Virus record (IMG/VR): IMGVR_UViG_3300037851_000846
Coordinates: 1 to 33,878 of that record
Source: a virus
Lineage: Duplodnaviria; Caudoviricetes
Reading direction: 5' to 3' (one strand)
DNA length: 33,878 nucleotides
The stretch's first letter is position 1; each line of letters begins with the position of its first letter. This document shows, piece after piece, positions 16,193-24,395 of the stretch. The translations under genes were made by a program, and so were the position numbers. Below the pieces are notes generated by a model. It was not told the DNA's origin. It searched no databases and was given only the letters and a program-made list of their open reading frames with translations.

Positions 16193-16220
16193 TTGCTTAG
16201 AACAGATGTGCGTATATACT
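16193..16220 (+). promoter_or_regulatory. Putative late promoter with imperfect LexA-type box in the spacer
   Basis: TTGCTT, 16 bp, TATACT; spacer contains AGAACAGATGTGCG. Confidence 0.6.
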
Positions 16221-16226
16221 AGGGGT

Positions 16227-16424
16227 ATGATGCCGGTAGAGCAAATCGTAGCGGTCATTAAGGACGAACTGGAAAAGCTCGTCAACGCTGGGCACTGGGG
16301 CGAGGTGATTTTTCGCGTGCCTTTGAAGCACGGCGACCCGCAACAGATCGCTATCGGGTACGAAAAAACGATTAAGACTGCACCGGCCACTGGATTATTA
16401 CCGACTACTACCGCGCGCCCCTAA
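16227..16424 (+). CDS. Small DUF2292/YezD-like protein, probably leaderless
   Basis: WGEVIFRVPLKHGDPQQIAIGYEKTIK resembles the YezD G-x-V...G...QI...K pattern; ATG starts 7 nt after the end of the -10. Confidence 0.6.
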   Translation: MMPVEQIVAVIKDELEKLVNAGHWGEVIFRVPLKHGDPQQIAIGYEKTIKTAPATGLLPTTTARP

Positions 16425-16458
16425 AGCGCGCGGTGTGTATTTTGGCCTGACTGAGCGA

Positions 16459-16504
16459 GAACGCCGGGGCTAACGGATTGCCGTTAGTCCCGGCGTTTGT
16501 GTTG
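16459..16504 (+). terminator. Long hairpin/terminator upstream of virion genes
   Basis: GAACGCCGGGGCTAACGG-ATTG-CCGTTAGTCCCGGCGTTT-GTGTTG. Confidence 0.7.
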
Positions 16505-16617
16505 CTATGAAACGTTTACGCTGTCTGGGCGCTAAGGTGTGGGGCTGGCTGTATCTGGCATGGCGCAGGATACAGCGCCGACCCTTGCGCCGGTGGGAAT
16601 GGCGGGATACGGATGAA

Positions 16618-16637
16618 ATTATTTCCTGGGAAATAAT
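16618..16637. promoter_or_regulatory. 20-bp palindrome copy 4 (inverted), 16 bp upstream of terS
   Basis: ATTATTTCCTGGGAAATAAT. Confidence 0.8.
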
Positions 16638-16653
16638 CGGGGATTAACAGAAT

Positions 16654-17274
16654 GTGGGCGAATTATGGGAGCAGCAACCGGGCGAATCCCGGCTTTGGTA
16701 TACCCGCTTTCGGGCGTGGCTGGTTGACCCGCGCCGGTCGCTGCTCGGCGTCTACCGCGCTGAATGGGAAGCGCAGGTTAGAAAAAAGGCGCGAAAAGGC
16801 GCGAAAGAGCGCGATTTTGGCGCTACTTCCATCCCCGGCAGTTGGCAAAAAACCATTCAACGGTGGCGCTGGACGGAACGCGCCGCAGCCTACGACATGC
16901 ACCTGGACGCCCTCGGCGGCGATTTGGTGGCGCGCGCGCTGCGCGAATTGCGCGGCGAAGCGCCGGCCATCGCGCGCAAGTTGGCGACGGACGGCGTCAA
17001 CGGCACGCTCAATCGGGAGCAGATTCGGGCGGCGATGGCCGTCCTTGACCGCGCGGGGCTATCGCCTACCGCGAAGCACGAGATTACCGGGCCGGACGGG
17101 GGCCCGATTCAGCCTCGGACGGTAACGCTCGATGCGCAACAGCGGGATCGCGCCCTTTCTACACTCGCAGCCGCCCTCGGTGCTGGCCTGGTTGGCGGCG
17201 ATCCAGGAGCAAACGGCGCTCTGGGCGCCGGCCAGCCAGCCGCAATGGCAGGCGATCCTGAGTCCGGCGGATGA
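16654..17274 (+). CDS. terS: Terminase small subunit
   Basis: WEQQPGES...F..W...RSL...WRWTERAAAYD and KHEITGPDGGPIQ; directly precedes TerL. Confidence 0.75.
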   Translation: MGELWEQQPGESRLWYTRFRAWLVDPRRSLLGVYRAEWEAQVRKKARKGAKERDFGATSIPGSWQKTIQRWRWTERAAAYDMHLDALGGDLVARALRELRGEAPAIARKLATDGVNGTLNREQIRAAMAVLDRAGLSPTAKHEITGPDGGPIQPRTVTLDAQQRDRALSTLAAALGAGLVGGDPGANGALGAGQPAAMAGDPESGG

Positions 17275-18616
17275 ATTGTTTTATGGCGGCAGCGCCGGCG
17301 GCGGGAAGTCTGATCTGCTGCTGGGTCTGTCCATCAGCCTGCACCTTGACAGCCTGATCTTTCGCCGGGAATACGCCCAGATGGTGGGGGCGCGCGGCTT
17401 GATTGACCGGAGCCGCGAGTTGGTCGGCAACCAGGGGCGGTACAACGGCACGGAGCACGTCTGGCGCGCCATTCAGGGGCGGCGCTCCTTAGAGTTTGGC
17501 AGCTTGCCGCACGAGCAGAGCAAATTCCGCTATCTGGGACGGCCACACGATCTGCTCGGCTTTGACGAGATCACCGAGTTCAGCCGGACGATGTACGAAT
17601 TCGTCATCCGCTGGAACCGCACGACGGAGCCCGGGCAACGCTGCCGGGTCGTCGCTACCGGCAATCCCCCGATGCACGCCGACGGGCAATGGGTGATTGA
17701 CTACTGGGGGCCGTGGCTCGATGACAAACATCCCTATCCGGCCGCGCCGGGCGAGTTACGTTGGTACGCGATGCTGGACGAGAAGAGCGTAGAAGTGGCT
17801 GGCCCCGCGCCATTCGAGCACCAGGGGGAAACCGTCATCCCGCGCAGCCGCACCTTCATCCCGGCGCGCCTGTCCGACAATCCCTACCTGGGCGACGATT
17901 ACCGGGCGATGTTGCAGGCGGCGCCGGAGCCGCTGCGCTCGCAGCTACTCTATGGCAGCTTTACGGTAGGGCTGGCCGATGATGACTGGCAGGTCATCCC
18001 TACCGAGTGGGTGCGACAGGCCCAGGCGCGTTGGACGCCGCAATGCCAGGACCTATTAGACGCACTGGGCGTCGATCCCGCGCGCGGCGGCCAGGATCAA
18101 ACCGGCATCGCGGAACGGCGCGGCAGGTGGTTTTCCGTGACTGGCTATCCCGGCGTGACGACGCCAGACGGCGACGCGGTGGCCGGGCTGATAGGTAAGC
18201 ATTTGTTGCAGGGTGGGACGCCGGCGATTAACATTGACGTGGTGGGGATTGGCGCGAGTGTCTATGATAGCGCGCGCAAGCTCTATAAAAACGTCTACGC
18301 GGTCAACGCGGGGGCCGGGAGTCCCATGCGCGACCGCAGTGGGCAGTTCGCTATGGCGAACGTGCGGGCCGCCTACCATTGGGCGCTGCGCGAGGCGTTG
18401 GAGCCAGGCAAGGGGCAGGGATTGGCGCTGCCGCCGGGAGCGCGGGTGTTGTCCGACCTGACGGCGGCGCGCTATAGCATCACCGCGCACGGGATTCAAG
18501 TGGAGGACAAAGAGGCGATCAAGTCCCGGTTGGGCCGGTCGCCCGATCAGGGCGAGGCGCTGATGTTGGCGCATTATCGCGCGGAAAAGCGCACGACGCG
18601 GATGACGGTAGCATAG
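17132..18616 (+). CDS. terL: Terminase large subunit
   Basis: Walker A YGGSAGGGKS, Walker B LLGFDEITEF, ATGNP, DNPYL, nuclease GVDPARGGQD and SPDQGEAL. Start uncertain. Confidence 0.93.
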   Translation: MRNSGIAPFLHSQPPSVLAWLAAIQEQTALWAPASQPQWQAILSPADELFYGGSAGGGKSDLLLGLSISLHLDSLIFRREYAQMVGARGLIDRSRELVGNQGRYNGTEHVWRAIQGRRSLEFGSLPHEQSKFRYLGRPHDLLGFDEITEFSRTMYEFVIRWNRTTEPGQRCRVVATGNPPMHADGQWVIDYWGPWLDDKHPYPAAPGELRWYAMLDEKSVEVAGPAPFEHQGETVIPRSRTFIPARLSDNPYLGDDYRAMLQAAPEPLRSQLLYGSFTVGLADDDWQVIPTEWVRQAQARWTPQCQDLLDALGVDPARGGQDQTGIAERRGRWFSVTGYPGVTTPDGDAVAGLIGKHLLQGGTPAINIDVVGIGASVYDSARKLYKNVYAVNAGAGSPMRDRSGQFAMANVRAAYHWALREALEPGKGQGLALPPGARVLSDLTAARYSITAHGIQVEDKEAIKSRLGRSPDQGEALMLAHYRAEKRTTRMTVA

Positions 18617-18625
18617 ATACAGATT

Positions 18626-19921
18626 ATGGCTAAAAATCGCTTAAAGCAGATTGCGGGAAATGTGGGGCAGGCGCTCGGCACGTTTGAGCGGCAGCGGGAG
18701 TTGGCGCGCAATGGGCGTCCCGCGCGGCGCCCGGCGTTCCTGGATGCGACGGCGGACGAGAAGCGGTGGACGGGCGGCAATCTGCTGGCCGAGGGCGCGC
18801 AGAAACGCGCGTTGCGCAATAGCTGGGTGTACACGGCCATCGGGATGATTGCCCGCGAGGTAAGCGCGGCGGCCTTCCAGGTGACGCGCCAGGTGGGGTA
18901 TGACGCGCAGCCGGTGCAGATCGCCAACCATCCGTTGGAGCAACTGCTGGATCGCCCGAATCCCTGGATGGGGACGGCGTATCTTTGGCAGTATACCACC
19001 ACCTGGTTAGAGCTTTCCGGTAATGCCTACTGGGTCATCCCTGGCCCGGAAATCTGGCCGTTGCCCAGTTGCGCCGTGGAAGTGGCGCCCGGCGACCGGG
19101 AGCGCTTTGTGGATTATTACGAGTACACCGCCAATGGGCAGCAATTCCATATCCCCTCAGAATACGTCGTGCATTTCCAACTCCCCAACCCCTGGGACAT
19201 TTTCCGGGGACTGAGTCCGCTGGCCGCCGCGCTGCTGGCCGCCGATAGCGATCAGGCGATGGCCTATTGGAACGGCGCGTTCTTCGGCAAAGACAATGTG
19301 ATGCCATCGTCCATCATCAACCTGAAATCCGGCGACCCTAACGCGCCGATTGACCCGGCCGACGCGGAGGCGCTCAAGAGCCAACTCCGCAGCGACTATC
19401 AGGCCGCGCGGCGCAAGACGGCGATCACGACTGCGCCCGGCGGCGTGGAAGCCGTGCTGCTCGGCTGGAATCCGAAGGATATGGATTTCATCCAGGGGCG
19501 GCAGTTCACCAAAGAAGAGATCTTCGCCGTGTACGGGATTCCGGGCGGGTTGCTGGATAAAAACGCGACGGAAGCCAACGCCACGACCGCCGACCGCATC
19601 TTCAAAGAAAAGACGATCTGGCCGTTGCTCTGCCTGCTGAGCGAGCAATTGACCGCGCAACTGGTAATGCCCTACTACGGGCGCGACCTGCGGGCGGGCT
19701 TTGCGGACATCCGCCCGGCGAATCGTGCGCAGGAATTACAAGAAGTCGAGGCCGCTGGCCCGTATTTGACGAAAGATGAGGTGCGCGCGCAGTACTGGCA
19801 GAAGCCCGCGCTGCCCGAGGGGATGGGCGCGCAGCCGGCCGTGAGCGCGCCAACGGGGGAAGACCTGGGGGCGTCACCGGAGGGCGTCCCACCGAACTTT
19901 TTTCGGCAAAGCTACCCCTGA
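18626..19921 (+). CDS. Portal protein (HK97-like)
   Basis: NSWVYTAI, HPLEQLLDRPNP, LELSGNAYW, GLSPL, KDMDF...EEIFAVYGIP, LTKDEVR. Confidence 0.93.
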   Translation: MAKNRLKQIAGNVGQALGTFERQRELARNGRPARRPAFLDATADEKRWTGGNLLAEGAQKRALRNSWVYTAIGMIAREVSAAAFQVTRQVGYDAQPVQIANHPLEQLLDRPNPWMGTAYLWQYTTTWLELSGNAYWVIPGPEIWPLPSCAVEVAPGDRERFVDYYEYTANGQQFHIPSEYVVHFQLPNPWDIFRGLSPLAAALLAADSDQAMAYWNGAFFGKDNVMPSSIINLKSGDPNAPIDPADAEALKSQLRSDYQAARRKTAITTAPGGVEAVLLGWNPKDMDFIQGRQFTKEEIFAVYGIPGGLLDKNATEANATTADRIFKEKTIWPLLCLLSEQLTAQLVMPYYGRDLRAGFADIRPANRAQELQEVEAAGPYLTKDEVRAQYWQKPALPEGMGAQPAVSAPTGEDLGASPEGVPPNFFRQSYP

Positions 19922-21251
19922 CGAGCAACCGGCGCGGCGGTACGAGGCTGCGCTGCAAGGCGCATTACAACGGTTACTCGCCCAGCAAGCGCCGGAAATC
20001 GCGGCGTTGCTGGCAGAGCATAAAGGCACTTTACCAAAGGCATATTGGGATCATTTACAGGAGCAACTTCAGACGCTCATCGAGCCGTGGTTGTTGCGCG
20101 TAACGCAGGCCGGCATCGCGGCGGGCAAGGTAGACCTTGCCGCGAATGAGTCTACGCGGAAGAAGGCCGCGCCGGTGATTGGCATCGCCTGGGATTTGGT
20201 GAACCAGGACGCCCGCCGCCAGGCGCAAACCTACACCTACGATCTGGTCAGAGGCATCACGGACAACACCCGCGAGCGCCTGCAAAAACAGGTGGACGAG
20301 TGGATTGCCGCTGGCAACGCCTTCCCCGACCTGGTAGAGCGCATCAAGCCGCTGATTCCCGACCTGGAGGCGATAGCGGCCACGGCGCTACAACCCGACT
20401 ACCGCGCGCGGCTGATTGCAATGACCGAATCCACGCGGGCGTATGCGGATGGCAATAATCGTGTGTGGGAAGCGGCGGGGTATTGGGGGCGCGAGTGGGA
20501 GACGGCAGTAGATGAGCGCGTGTGTCCTGTCTGTGGGGCACTGCATCAGCAACGGGCTAAATTAGGCGAGGATTTCGCGGTGACAGTCAAGGGGAAGCGG
20601 GTGGTAGTCAAGAATCCGCCCGCGCATCCGGGCTGCCGGTGCGGCGTCAAGCCAGTGGTCAGGCCAGAGCGCAGTCCGACGCCGGGCACGGGGCAGGAGC
20701 GGGGCTTACTGAATGGCCGTGAGGTGACTATCCCGAGTTTGCCCAGAGATGCGGGGGAAATCGGCTACTTGCAGCACTTTTACCAGACATACGGGGTATC
20801 CCTGGACTTGAGCTCCGGCTACAATTTGCGTCCTACAGAAGCGGAAGCCTTGAATACGGTATTAGGGGCATTGCCCCCGGCGGATGTCCGCAGCAACCCG
20901 CTATTTGAGGAATTTTCGCTGGCGGAGCAAGCCTACGGACCCAACCCAGATGTAATGGGAATGCACCAGGGGAATCGGATTACGCTTTATCCCCAGGGGC
21001 GTGACTTACAACCGCACACCGGTGAATATACGCAGGCTTCAGCCTTCGAGGAAACTTTGTTGCACGAGGTAGGGGAATCGCGGTGGCGGCAATTATCCGC
21101 TACGGAACAAGCCGAATGGGTCACTCTGGTGCAGAATAACCCATTCTTGACGAAATCTCCATCGGAACAATTTGCAGTGGCGTTTAGTTACGCGTATCTG
21201 CGAGAGCCGGGTATTCCGCCAGCGCTGGAAAAGTGGGTGCGGGCACGGTGA
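19920..21251 (+). CDS. MuF (SPP1 gp7-like) head morphogenesis protein with zincin-like C-terminal extension; probably entered by +1 frameshift from portal
   Basis: RARLIAMTE, WETAVDERVCPVC, PPAHPGCRC; C-terminal ETLLHEVGE...SEQFAVAF. Frame is open from 19845 with no ATG/GTG/TTG before 20007. Confidence 0.85.
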   Translation, partial: DEQPARRYEAALQGALQRLLAQQAPEIAALLAEHKGTLPKAYWDHLQEQLQTLIEPWLLRVTQAGIAAGKVDLAANESTRKKAAPVIGIAWDLVNQDARRQAQTYTYDLVRGITDNTRERLQKQVDEWIAAGNAFPDLVERIKPLIPDLEAIAATALQPDYRARLIAMTESTRAYADGNNRVWEAAGYWGREWETAVDERVCPVCGALHQQRAKLGEDFAVTVKGKRVVVKNPPAHPGCRCGVKPVVRPERSPTPGTGQERGLLNGREVTIPSLPRDAGEIGYLQHFYQTYGVSLDLSSGYNLRPTEAEALNTVLGALPPADVRSNPLFEEFSLAEQAYGPNPDVMGMHQGNRITLYPQGRDLQPHTGEYTQASAFEETLLHEVGESRWRQLSATEQAEWVTLVQNNPFLTKSPSEQFAVAFSYAYLREPGIPPALEKWVRAR

Positions 21252-21552
21252 CGCGCCAATCGGCCACAATAAATAAACCGGATAAAAGTTGGCGAGTCTC
21301 ACGTGCCATACCGAGCGCGCCGAAGTGGACTTCTGTACCCGGATTAAAGGGGACTCTTTTCCAGACCACCGCACCATTCGATAACCGTTCGTCACGCGCC
21401 GCCATATACGGCACGGCAATGGCTTGCAGAAAGGCTTGTGCCTGCGTCGCATCGTGAGCATAAACTTTTAAGGTGTCATCAAACGTGATACACCCCACGA
21501 TTTGATCGGGACGAGTAACCGTTTCCGTGGTAACAATGAATTTTTGGTACAT
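21184..21552 (-). CDS. Hypothetical protein antisense to late operon, candidate MuF immunity
   Basis: ATG at 21552 with AGGAAAGGA SD and extended -10 TGTTATACT (21589-21581); fills the gap between MuF and the next gene. Confidence 0.6.
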   Translation of the reverse strand: MYQKFIVTTETVTRPDQIVGCITFDDTLKVYAHDATQAQAFLQAIAVPYMAARDERLSNGAVVWKRVPFNPGTEVHFGALGMARETRQLLSGLFIVADWRVTVPAPTFPALAEYPALADTRN

Positions 21553-21591
21553 ACGCTTTATCCTTTCCTGAGTTGATTTTAGTATAACACA

Positions 21592-22203
21592 ATGGCGAAT
21601 AGTTTTGAACTCCAAATCACCGGCCTGGACGAGTTAGAGCAAGCTCTCGCCCAACTGTCTGCCGAGATGCCGCAAATCTTGACGGCGGCGATGGATGAAA
21701 CGTTGGCGTATCTCCGGCAAACGTTGCCGCCGTATCCTGGCGGGAACGCGGGCGAGTTGCCCAAAGTTTACACGCGGCAGCCGGAGAAACGCGGCTTCAA
21801 GAGCGCCAAACAGCGGCGGTATTTCTTCTGGGCTTTGCGGCAGGGAATCATCGAATTGCACAGCGGCGCGTACCAGAGCAAATTCAAGAGCCGCAAGCAG
21901 CAGGGGTATTTCTTTTGGGCGATGGCGAGCGGGAAAATAACTATCCCGTATGCCCGTACCAGAAAACTTGGGAATAGCTTTCACATAGAAAGCACAGTCA
22001 ACGGGAACGAAGTGATCGGGAGCATCGGCACGGCCATCCAATATGGCCCTTACGTCATCGGCGACGATACGCAGCAGGCGCCCATCCACAAAGACCGCTG
22101 GTGGCAATTGGCCGACGAGGTGGAACAAAATCTGCCAGGCGCTGCACAGGCTTTCGAGGATGCGGCCGTGCGGGAAATCCGCAAGGCAATCGGCAGCACG
22201 TAG
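21592..22203 (+). CDS. HK97 gp10 / Mu gpG-like virion morphogenesis protein
   Basis: ITGLDELEQAL, RTRKLGNSF, IGTAIQYGPYV motifs. Confidence 0.75.
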   Translation: MANSFELQITGLDELEQALAQLSAEMPQILTAAMDETLAYLRQTLPPYPGGNAGELPKVYTRQPEKRGFKSAKQRRYFFWALRQGIIELHSGAYQSKFKSRKQQGYFFWAMASGKITIPYARTRKLGNSFHIESTVNGNEVIGSIGTAIQYGPYVIGDDTQQAPIHKDRWWQLADEVEQNLPGAAQAFEDAAVREIRKAIGST

Positions 22204-22276
22204 GGGCGCGGGCGCCGCGCCAGAACTGCCGCGAAGTGGTATACGCGGAAAGCGGGCGACGAAACATCGCCCCTAC
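22200..22276. repeat. REP/REPIN-like inverted doublet
   Basis: GTAGGGGCG...CGCCCCTAC ends, each followed inward by its own short palindrome. Confidence 0.6.
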
Positions 22277-22309
22277 ATCTGCAAAAATTTACAGATAAGG
22301 AGGTTAACC

Positions 22310-24385
22310 ATGCCCTATCTCATTCGTAAACGCGAAAATCAATACTGCATCTACAAGGAGACCGCCGGTGAGCCGGACGGCGAGCCATTGGGGTGCCATC
22401 CGACCGAGCTGGCCGCCGAAGCGCAACGCCGCGTGCTCTATGCCGCCGAGGGCAAGACCGCCATTGATCGCATTGCGATGGGCGGCGCGCTCAAGGCGCT
22501 GGCCGGCGGCAAGGTCGGCGGCTACGCGCTGCTCTTCTCTGGGCCAGAAGCTAAAGACCTGCAAGGCGAATACTTCACCCCAGAGACCGAAACCCTGTGG
22601 GAGGGCAATGAACCGCGCCCGGCCATGTACCATCACGGGATGGACGCCACCCTGGACGGCAAGTTGCTGGGGAGTGGCTGGCGCAAGGCGCGGGTGGATG
22701 ACCTCGGCGTGTGGGTCGAGGCGCAACTCAACTTGCGCGATGAATATGAGCAAGCGATTTACGAGTTAGTCCAGGCCGGCAAGCTGGGCCTTTCCAGCGG
22801 GACGGCGGGACACATGGTGCAGCGCGCGCCGGATGGTAAACTCACGCGCTGGCCGATTGTTGAAATTTCGTTCACCCCCACGCCGGCCGAGCCGCGCGCC
22901 AGTGTGGCGCCGCTTAAAAGCGTGGGCCTTATTCACCAAGCCAAGTCGGAGGTAAAGCAGATGGATCTCTTAGAAACTATCAAACAACTGGTGCCGGGGC
23001 TAACTGATGACCAGTACGCCCAAATCGGCGCGGTGTTGGCACTGGCCGGCCTGACAGGGGAGAAACCCGCCGCGCCGGACGCTGAGCCGCCCGCGCTGGA
23101 CGATGACATGATCAAGGCCGCGGTGCTGGAGGCGCTGGGGGCGATTGCCCCGCCGGCCGCGCCGCGCCCCCCCTACGAGTTCAAGCCCGCGCCGGTGGGC
23201 AGCGAGCCGCCCGTCGCGCCGGAGGTTAACGCGCGCGCGGAGGCCGTCAAGTCGCTGGCCGTGCTGCGCTTCGGGGAGACGCCCAGCGGCATCAAGGCCG
23301 TCGCCACTGACATCTATGGGGCGGATTACGAGGTCAAGCGCCATCAGCAGCATGTGGCCTTCGGGCGTTACCTGCGCCATGGCGAGCGCGGCCTGGATGG
23401 GGAGATGCGCCACACCATGAAGCAGGTCATCCTCACGCCCGCGCAACTCAAAGCGTTCGTCCTCAGCGGCGGCGAAGTCAGCGCGCTGAAGACCGATATG
23501 AGCGAGGCGATTGATACGTTGGGGGGCTTTTTGGTCCCCGAAGACATCCGCCTGGACATCATCGAGCGGCTGCCCGGCCTGACCGCCGTGCGCCCGCGCG
23601 CGGATGTGACGCAGACTTCGAGCGACGTGATGATCCGCGTGAAAGTCACCGGCGGCGACGACCGGCATGTGGGCGCGGTGCGCGTCACCTGGGTGGGTGA
23701 TACGCCCTCCACCGGCGACGCGGCCACCAACCCCACCTTCGGCGTGGAGAAGACCCCCATTCATATCACCCTGGCGACCATCCGCACGCCGCGCGCGTTG
23801 CTGGAAGACTCCGCCTATCCCCTGAGCGCCAAACTCAGCGAGTGGGCGTCCCAGGAATTCGCGCTTGACGAGGACGAACAATTCCTGGTAGGCAACGGCA
23901 TCGCCAAGCCGCAGGGCATCTTGCCGAATAGCGTCAATGGCCTGGGGCTAACCGAGGTCAGGAGCACGCACGCGACGGAACTGCGCTTCACCGGGCTGGT
24001 CGCCCTGCGCTATGGCGTCGCGCGGCAATATCGGAACGGCGCGGTGTGGATTATGAACGACACGACCGCCGGGGTCTGCGCGCAGATGTTGGACGACGCG
24101 GGCCGCCCGCTGTGGCAGCCGAGCGTCACCGAGGGCGAACCGGATCGGCTGTTAGGCTATCCCGTCCTCACCGACGAGGCCATGCCCGACATCGCCGCCA
24201 ACAGCTACCCCGTGATTTTCGGCAACCTGATGGGCTACCAGATCGCGGATCGCATCGGGATGAGCGTGCTGCGGGATGAGACCACCCACAGCGAAGAGGA
24301 CATCGTGAAGTTCGTCTTCCGCCGGCGTCTGGGCGGGCAGGTCAACCGCACCTGGGCGTTTGCGGTACAAAAGGTATCGGCATAG
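22310..24385 (+). CDS. Prohead protease-major capsid fusion (HK97 fold), with internal start at 22961
   Basis: TAAGGAGGT SD at ATG 22310; protease motifs DLQGEYF, YHHG, GLSSG, EISFTPTPAEPR; capsid motifs GGFLVPE, FLVGNG..KPQGI, WIMN, LLGYPV, IFGNL. Confidence 0.92.
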   Translation: MPYLIRKRENQYCIYKETAGEPDGEPLGCHPTELAAEAQRRVLYAAEGKTAIDRIAMGGALKALAGGKVGGYALLFSGPEAKDLQGEYFTPETETLWEGNEPRPAMYHHGMDATLDGKLLGSGWRKARVDDLGVWVEAQLNLRDEYEQAIYELVQAGKLGLSSGTAGHMVQRAPDGKLTRWPIVEISFTPTPAEPRASVAPLKSVGLIHQAKSEVKQMDLLETIKQLVPGLTDDQYAQIGAVLALAGLTGEKPAAPDAEPPALDDDMIKAAVLEALGAIAPPAAPRPPYEFKPAPVGSEPPVAPEVNARAEAVKSLAVLRFGETPSGIKAVATDIYGADYEVKRHQQHVAFGRYLRHGERGLDGEMRHTMKQVILTPAQLKAFVLSGGEVSALKTDMSEAIDTLGGFLVPEDIRLDIIERLPGLTAVRPRADVTQTSSDVMIRVKVTGGDDRHVGAVRVTWVGDTPSTGDAATNPTFGVEKTPIHITLATIRTPRALLEDSAYPLSAKLSEWASQEFALDEDEQFLVGNGIAKPQGILPNSVNGLGLTEVRSTHATELRFTGLVALRYGVARQYRNGAVWIMNDTTAGVCAQMLDDAGRPLWQPSVTEGEPDRLLGYPVLTDEAMPDIAANSYPVIFGNLMGYQIADRIGMSVLRDETTHSEEDIVKFVFRRRLGGQVNRTWAFAVQKVSA

Positions 24386-24395
24386 GAGGCTGAAG

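Noticed and set aside
16507-16647. 46-aa Trp/Arg-rich ORF before terS
   Set aside because: No SD, no motif, and it runs through the palindrome; cannot be supported as a gene.
17132-17274. TerS-TerL frameshift fusion
   Set aside because: A 143-bp overlap exists, but TerL has an ATG, no clear slippery site was seen, and such overlaps are common.
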